Assembly (NCBI RefSeq): GCF_964204645.1
Contig: NC_134029.1
Location: forward strand, 19,772,950 to 19,836,949
Direction of reading: 5' to 3'
Source of the DNA: Tubulanus polymorphus
Taxonomy: Eukaryota; Animalia; Nemertea
Length of the DNA: 64,000 nt
The notes below the pieces were generated by a model that was given only the letters and a program-made list of their open reading frames with translations, was not told where the DNA came from and searched no databases. Below, piece by piece: positions 56,083 to 64,000 of the stretch (positions are counted from its first letter, which is position 1; each line of letters starts with the position of its first letter). The translations under genes were made by a program, and so were the position numbers.

Positions 56083-59000
56083 ATTTTCAACATTTCAAAA
56101 CAGAATCAGATGGTAATAGCCGGCAGAGGGGCAGACGGTTCTAGACAAGTATTCCCCGATGATTTGTCCGTGTGAAAGTCGAACTTCAACGTTCTAATCC
56201 GATAGTTGTCCTGCGTCGCGGGATCCTTGACGAGGCCGAAATCGTGTTCAAACACGCCGATCCACTTACGGTCCTGATAAACGGTTCCACACGCTTTCAC
56301 CTGGACTAGTCCGTGCGGCTCGCTACGGCCGCGGACTCCGCCATCGCCGTTGTGACTGAATACTAGCATTTCGCGCGTCGTCAATTGTAGCAGTTTTTCG
56401 TGAACCGGGAAAGCTCCTTCAACGTGATCGACTTGCGACCGATTCATACGCAAAATCAGCTGGCAATCGGGCCATAAATGATCGGGCGAAAAGACCGCGT
56501 CGTTATTGCCACCGCGTTGCGGGTTCGTTGCGTTCCAGAGATCGTAAAACCACCGAGCGAAGTGCCACGCGAATACATTCCAATCCGTAGACCCGGGCAC
56601 GTTCGCACTCGCTTCTGCTTCAATTGTCGTAGAATTATGCACAGGTTGACTCGTTTCTGCTACGGTTGGCGTAGATGTAGGCGTAGGTCGACTAAGTTCT
56701 GACGCGACTGCTGTATCGGATGTCATCGCGGCAACAGGAGATTTCCATTTTTCCAGTATTTTCTGAATAATGATCTGTTTGCCCGCGTTTGGCGATATGG
56801 ATACGTTTTCGTTCACTAAATAAAGCACCAGCGCGTCTTTTTTTATCTTTTGACGGCTGAAAAGCTCCTCGCTGGTTTGCGTGAATTTGAAAATTGCCTC
56901 CATCGATTCTGCAAATTGTAAGAAAAACGGGCTGAAGTAATGGTACATCAGGGTTGTTCCGCTGAAGCAATTTCAGCGCCTTTATAAATAGTGACACTAC
57001 TTCCAGTCTTGAGTAATAATTGTGTGAACATGCAAGACAACAATTGCAAAACTGGCACCAAAACTTAGATATTGTTTCATCCTGACATTTGGGGCGGTAC
57101 AATTGCACCCATCTTCAGAGATTTACTTCAAATTGATGGTTACTAATTATAATTAATATATATTATTATTATCTATCATATATTAACATATTTATTATTA
57201 TTCATAATTATTTATTTCATATATATCTATTATAATATATTATTATTCATTGCAATATGATTATCATTTTATTAATATTAGTTATTGTTTCTTGAATCTG
57301 CATTGTTGGTGTTCACACTATTATTTCAGCACCTCTCTGGCTCGCATGTTGTTAGCCGGAGCGGCAATGTGTGCCATATGGTACACAGGCCATACATGAC
57401 ATACATGAGTTGTTGATACTGAAAAAACAATTATGTGTTCAACTGGCATATCTGTTAATCCAGTGCCTACTTTCAGACTCTGGATTGATAAGACAGATTA
57501 TCGTTTTTGCAGTAACTCTCCTACGAGCCCCGTCACACATTCCAGGATCGTCCAGTCAATGTTCGATATTGATGTCCCTGCAAAAACTCAAATCAAATAG
57601 TCAACAAGGACAGAGAAATTGCTGAGATTTTTTAATCCCAGACGTAGGAAATGACCTTGTCATTTTCTTGCAGGATAACCACCACACACATACAACGGTC
57701 TAACTGCAGTTTTAAGGTCACCTTTCCAATTATCCAATAATGCGTGGGGCACTAGAGTTGTTAAAGAATAGTGTTATGGTTAGGTACAACCACCAGGAAC
57801 ACCTAAACTGTAGTCGCTTCTGTATTTGTATTTTACAACCGTCGTGTCCTGTGTAATTTTGTTATTACTACGAAGCAATAAATGTTTATTGAATAATTTT
57901 CAACATTTCAAAACAGTATCAGATGGTAATAGCCGGCAGAGGGGCAGACGGTTCTAGACAAGTATTCCCCGATGATTTGTCCGTGTGAAAGTCGAACTTC
58001 AACGTTCTAATCCGATAGTTGTCCTGCGTCGCGGGATCCTTGACGAGGCCGAAATCGTGTTCAAACACGCCGATCCACTTACGGTCCTGATAAACGGTTC
58101 CACACGCTTTCACCTGGACTAGTCCGTGCGGCTCGCTACGGCCGCGGACTCCGCCATCGCCGTTGTGACTGAATACTAGCATTTCGCGCGTCGTCAATTG
58201 TAGCAGTTTTTCGTGAACCGGGAAAGCTCCTTCAACGTGATCGACTTGCGACCGATTCATACGCAAAATCAGCTGGCAATCGGGCCATAAATGATCGGGC
58301 GAAAAGACCGCGTCGTTTTTGCCACCGCGTTGCGGGTTCGTCGCGTTCCAGAGATCGTAAAACCACCGAGCGAAGTGCCACGCGAATACATTCCAATCCG
58401 TAGACCCGGGCACGTTCGCACTCGCTTCTGCTTCAATTGTCGTAGAATTATGCACAGGTTGACTCGTTTCTGCTACGGTTGGCGTAGATGTAGGCGTTGG
58501 TCGACTAAGTTCTGACGCGACTGCTGTATCGGCTGTCATCGCGGCAACAGGAGATTTCCATTTTTCCAGTATTTTCTGAATAATGATCTGTTTGCCCGCG
58601 TTTGGCGATATGGATACGTTTTCGTTCACTAAATAAAGCACCAGCGCGTCTTTTTTTATCTTTTGACGGCTGAAAAGCTCCTGGCTGGTTTGCGTGAATT
58701 TGAAAATTGCCTCCATTGATTCTGCAAATTGTAAGAAAAACGGGCTGAAGTAATGGTACATCAGGGTTGTTCCGCTGAAGCAATTTCAGCGCCTTTATAA
58801 ATAGTGACACTACTTCCAGTCTTGAGTAATAATTGTGTGAACATGCAAGACAACAATTGCAAAACTGGCACCAAAACTTAGATATTGTTTCATCCTGACA
58901 TTTGGGGCGGTACAATTGCACCCATCTTCAGAGATTTACTTCAAATTGATGGTTACTAATTATAATTAATATATATTATTATTATCTATCATATATTAAC

Positions 59001-59711
59001 ATATTTATTATTATTCATAATTATTTATTTCATATATATCTATTATAATATATTATTATTCATTGCAATATGATTATCATTTTATTAATATTAGTTATTG
59101 TTTCTTGAATCTGCATTGTTGGTGTTCACACTATTATTTCAGCACCTCTCTGGCTCGCATGTTGTTAGCCGGAGCGGCAATGTGTGCCATATGGTACACA
59201 GGCCATACATGACATACATGAGTTGTTGATACTGAAAAAACAATTATGTGTTCAACTGGCATATCTGTTAATCCAGTGCCTACTTTCAGACTCTGGATTG
59301 ATAAGACAGATTATCGTTTTTGCAGTAACTCTCCTACGAGCCCCGTCACACATTCCAGGATCGTCCAGTCAATGTTCGATATTGATGTCCCTGCAAAAAC
59401 TCAAATCAAATAGTCAACAAGGACAGAGAAATTGCTGAGATTTTTTAATCCCAGACGTAGGAAATGACCTTGTCATTTTCTTGCAGGATAACCACCACAC
59501 ACATACAACGGTCTAACTGCAGTTTTAAGGTCACCTTTCCAATTATCCAATAATGCGTGGGGCACTAGAGTTGTTAAAGAATAGTGTTATGGTTAGGTAC
59601 AACCACCAGGAACACCTAAACTGTAGTCGCTTCCGTATTTGTATTTTACAGCCGTCGTGTCCTGTGTAATTTTGTTATTACTACGAAGCAATAAATGTTT
59701 ATTGAATAATT
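56083..59711. repeat. 1813-bp direct tandem duplication, near-identical copies
   Basis: ORFs offset by exactly 1813 bp (56106/57919, 57371/59184); junction at ~57897. Confidence 0.95.
56106..56908 (-). CDS. Duplicate terminal exon of the C3orf38 homolog (open frame, intact acceptor)
   Basis: Same frame as 57919-58721 with 3 aa differences (E/Q, S/A, N/K). Confidence 0.7.
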
Positions 59712-59900
59712 GAATTGAATATAGAATTTTTTCGAATTTGCTTGTAAACAAGCATTCTGCAACATACGTGATTTCGGCGTACCTGCTCTAGAGTGCGTCG
59801 ATATGATTCCAGAACTCACTGAATACGCCAGACTTTTTATCGCATCGTCCGACATGTAAGAGAATATTTTGCGCCATTCTCTACATTCGTTTCCCTTCAT
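57919..59900 (-). CDS. C3orf38: C3orf38 / DUF4518 homolog (exons 59783-59900, 57919-58721)
   Basis: MKGNECREWRKIF...DDAIKSLAYSVS; ELFSRQKI; FARWFYDLWN; PDHLWPDC; PHGLVQVKACGTVYQ...IGVFEHDFGLVKDP...NYRI, collinear with recalled C3orf38 (PHGLVMVGVAGTVH...LGIFEQIFGLIRCP). Confidence 0.85.
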
Positions 59901-61319
59901 TTTTACAAGCTTAATCACAGGCACTCGCCGATGGGCTTGGGATACAGTTGCTGGGGTTTTTGATAGTGTATCTGTGTTTTGAGTGGTTATTCTGCAATAA
60001 ATCCGAGAAGAAATGTCTTTACTGATACGTTTAAGAGATTGATGTCTGTCTGCAGAGTTTCCAAGTTCAAGTTCAAGCTCAAGTTCAAATTTATTTCACA
60101 GAAAGCATGATAGGCTCAATCCAGAACCTGTCATGTCAGGTCTTAAGACCTGACATGACAGGTCTGACCTGTCATGTCAGGTCCCGAAAAAAACCCAAAC
60201 TCATGACAATATTTGACGAAACGGCGAAATATCTAGACATGTGCTAGACGAATGGAAGAACATTTTGAGTTGAATGAATATTCTGACCCGTCGTTAATAT
60301 CGAAAATGATTCAACAATAACGATAAGGAAATTGTTCTGACAAATAATTCATTTGAAAGGTTGATTTATAAGAAGAAAATATTACATATGACATCCTATT
60401 ATTCCATCCGACTGTGAGACACTGTCAATTTGTGAAACGTCTTTAGTAATATAAAAGAAAAGGTAGTTGACGAAGCGTGAGCGTATAGGAAAAACTTTAC
60501 AGGCGTTGAGACGGCAACACTACATCGGACTGCTGGATCGGACTGACACACGGTGCAGCGTGCCGTAGTTTGACAGCAATCATTTTTAGGATATAGATTT
60601 ATTAACACGCCAACCATTTCCATGGTATATGGAAGAAAAAGAGTATTTACGTAATTACAAAAATAGGAAATACAAACATTTCGAAACATAACGTCATTCA
60701 CATATTTACAACGAGGCCTGTGTATCGAGTTGAGTCGACCGTACTTATCTATCTATTGTCCACGATTTTTTGGGGAAATTTCGCTTAATTTTCGGTGTGC
60801 ATACCTCAAATAGGTCTTAATCGAATCAGTAGAGTTATGCAGTCCACATAAATCATCGTTTTCATATCCATTTTTAGCTGGAATGGTGTATTCCCCAGGG
60901 TGGGGGTCGTAAAACTATACCCCGTCTGCCTAGATTTAAAAAGGTTGATCCGAAATCATACGGTGCCGCCGGATAAATTACAGCTGGGCACTGCTAAGGT
61001 TGTCAAAAATAGTTTCCAATAATTTCCGATCAATGAATCAACTTGATGACTGTAGTATTCATCTATCGTTGTCTAAAATTGTTTCTAAAAAGGAAATGAA
61101 AAGAAATTGTTCCAATTCGAAGGGAGTCTAAGTCTTTCATCAAACTAGGAGATAATTCCATATTGGTCGGCCCTCCAACTGAGCTTCCGAAACAGTTTTT
61201 CATCGTGTTTTATAGAAAGATATATATTTCAAAGTAAATGTATTCTCTAGTTTAAAAAAGTTAACTTTATTTACAACGATAATAATCAAAAGAATTGTAA
61301 CGATAATAAGCAAAAGAAT

Positions 61320-64000
61320 TCATTTCGAACTATGATTTTCCTGTAAGCGATTCACAACGTCTTGTAAAATCTTTTGTCGGTATTGTTCCCAATTGACCTT
61401 GACTTGTAGATTTTCCTGCAGCCTGTATTCTGGTGGGTACTGACGGGCCAGACTTCGTAATCGTTGTCGCACCGCGTCGCTGGCGTGTTGGTAAAAGTAA
61501 CGTTTATTCAACATTATACATTCGGCACCCCGGCTTACCTACATAGCGAAAAAGTAAATATTCTGTTTAAAATCTGATTCCTCATGTAGCGATAGCAAAG
61601 TAAAAATTGATTCCTTGTTTCTCTTTTCAGTTGAGCTTATAAGTTGACCCGGCCGGTTGCCTATCTATCTATCTATCCTGTATATTGTTTTTTTTAAATC
61701 ATTGTCATGCTAAACATAACAGACCCGGCAGCTAAAGAAAAAACAGGATCAATCCCTATTTTAAGATTTAAAAAAAGTTATAAACTCATCATGAATTTCT
61801 ATTGCAGTTTACAAAATGACCCAATCGACCCATTAGGAGAAAACACGGTATCAATTTAGCCTAAAATCAGATTCCGCATTCAACGCAAATATTCAATAAT
61901 ACATTTAGCGATAGCATACAGAGAATTAAAATAGTATGAAATCAATGAGATTGACAATTTGATGATTTGATGCAGCAGAGTGTTATTATGGGTGATTATA
62001 GTTGCAGTTATCTTGCGAAAAAAAGAAATCCACTGCTTTATCCATTATTTCAAGACTCCTGCCGACCTACCAAACTGACACTGCAAACGTCGTCTTCTTC
62101 GTACATAGTATCTTCTGGATCTAAAGAAACCGTGAGGCCCTGTAAATAGCGTGTATATATATAATGATAGCAAAAATGCGAATAATTCGATTGCACAGAT
62201 GCTGCAAAAGTGAAAATATTGTTTCGTGGCGTAAGATCCTTACAAAGTGGTCCCTCGGTTTAAGTAGTTCCACTTGGACGAAAACGGCGTTTTGTCCTCG
62301 CTCCTTATCAGTTTCTGCGTGGTCGTCGTCGTTGTCGGTATTTTCCCAGCTCCGCCCGGTCTTTCTATCCCGCGTTCGCGGATCTTCGCCGTCCGTAAAA
62401 ACTAAACGAGATCCTTCTGCTGTATTCGGCCTTGGCGTCGATTGTCGATCAATGTCATCATCATTTGAATCATCCTATGATTATTTCGATTGATTACGAA
62501 CTCGTTAACGACGTTGTGTACATTTTCGATTATATTATAACGAAAGCTTCGCCAACACATTTAATTCAAATTAGACTAAAGTGTAGATGTGTTTTCATTT
62601 CGACATTTACACAGTCAGATGTACAATATCATTTATGGAAAGGAACGGGATTTACCCGGTGGAAAAATAGATATGTTAGGTACCCTTTAAAATGGTACCT
62701 AATTAACCTTCGAGTACTTCAAAGGTAACTCACGCAAGGACCACGGATATTTTCATTTTATGGTAACGTCAAGTACTATTTGCTCTAAGAGTGTAAATTT
62801 CGTCAGTAGTGATGACTATCTTAGAGCATTTTCCATATTTCAGTTCAAGATTTTTATCGTGTGGTTTGACCTATGTATTTGAAAATGAACACCTCTCAAC
62901 ACGACCATGTTGAATAGGTGAAATATGAGCATATTTACCGGAAATTCTGTTTCTTTTTCATTGTCGATGGCTGTAATCACGGGTAATTGTAATTTCGCAT
63001 CGTCAAGGCTTTTACTGGAGTCACCTAGAAAGATGTGGATGGTTTAACACGAAAATATAAATCAATGGATGAGAGTTATGGAAATAGGAATAATAGAAAA
63101 TACTGTCAAATCCTTACTTTTTATGCTATTTTGTTTGTCGACAAAACCGGGTTGTTTTCGTTTTTGTGAAAGTTTTGGTAATACAGCTTTGAGCTGCTTT
63201 ATCACTTGGCAAGCACCCTAAGAATATTCGATAAGTTTTAGAAGGTAAGAAGTACGATTGTTAATTATTGTTATCTTCACTTCTATTTCACTCACCGATT
63301 TGATCACGTATATCCAGTCGGAATGTCGGCTGTCCTTCACGATAACGACACCGCGTCTGCGTAAAAAGAAGCAGGTGACAAAATTACAATCTCGCGGCAA
63401 CAACCAAAAAATGTTTTCATTCAACTGTATAGATAAACCTGATGATAATTAGCTTAACCAATTCATTCGAGGTCAATGATGATAATGTTTATTTTCCAAA
63501 GAAACAATTTATTAGATCATATTTATGCATATATATAAATGCAAGTATAAAATGCGCCGATACCAAATGAATTGAAGGATCCCAGTGAAGCAAATGCTGT
63601 TGAGATTGGAAATACTTACTTGAAGAAATGGAAAACGCACATGGCTGGTTGACCGAGAAGTTTTTCTATTGGCCAATTTTTCATGAAATCGACAGTGCTG
63701 AAACGAAGTGAAAATGCGTGTGTCATAAATAAGTTAGTCGTTCCTCGATCGTTTGTTTATCGACGGTTTTTTTTCGATCTACCCCAGGAAACGTATATGA
63801 TCCGGTATCGTCTTATCGCTGCCGTTATTCCCGAGAAAAATGGCGAGGAAATCTTTTCGACTGACGCTGATCAATTGAACGTGATTTTGTGTGACGACGC
63901 TAGCCGTTCGCTGGGCATGATGTAGCAGAGCTATCTCCTACGAATCGTAAAAGGAGACATTTGATTAAACGAAATTTACTCTATTCAGCAAAATGAATCG
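61320..64000 (-). CDS. Cyclic nucleotide-binding domain protein (CNBD2-like), 3' part; 5' exons lie right of the window
   Basis: Exons encode EIALLHHAQRTASVVT (cNMP phosphate-binding cassette, ~63783-63937), FMKNWPIEKL...CVFHFFK, RGVVIVKDSRHSDWIYVIKS|GACQVIK, VFVQVELLKPRDHF|GL, VSL|VSRGAECIMLNKRYF...YPP...LQENLQVKVNWEQYRQKIL*. Middle exons only partly resolved. Confidence 0.78.

Overview
Gene-dense eukaryotic (invertebrate-like, by inference) genomic DNA with AT-rich GT-AG introns and many short interspersed repeats; not prokaryotic, no CRISPR or rRNA. Spliced by hand, left to right: the 5' part of an OCA2/P-protein paralog (-, runs off the left edge), a complete OCA2/P-protein gene (-), a 5'-truncated LINE with an 8-bp TSD, HAUS1 (+), an uncharacterised ~706-aa gene (-) with unknown N-terminal domain + pentapeptide repeats + an apparently degenerate NACHT-like domain, RSL24D1/RLP24 (+), FEM1 (-) head-to-head with a HAX1-like gene (+), an intronless arylsulfatase B-like gene (+), a C3orf38/DUF4518 homolog (-) with a 1813-bp tandem duplication of its last exon, and the 3' part of a CNBD2-like gene (-, continues past the right edge). 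Best leads: the pentapeptide/pseudo-NACHT protein, Penelope-type minimal hammerhead ribozyme motifs, the duplicated terminal exon, the tandem OCA2 pair, and one MITE family nested twice in the same host repeat. All homology calls are from recalled sequences and motifs, not database searches.
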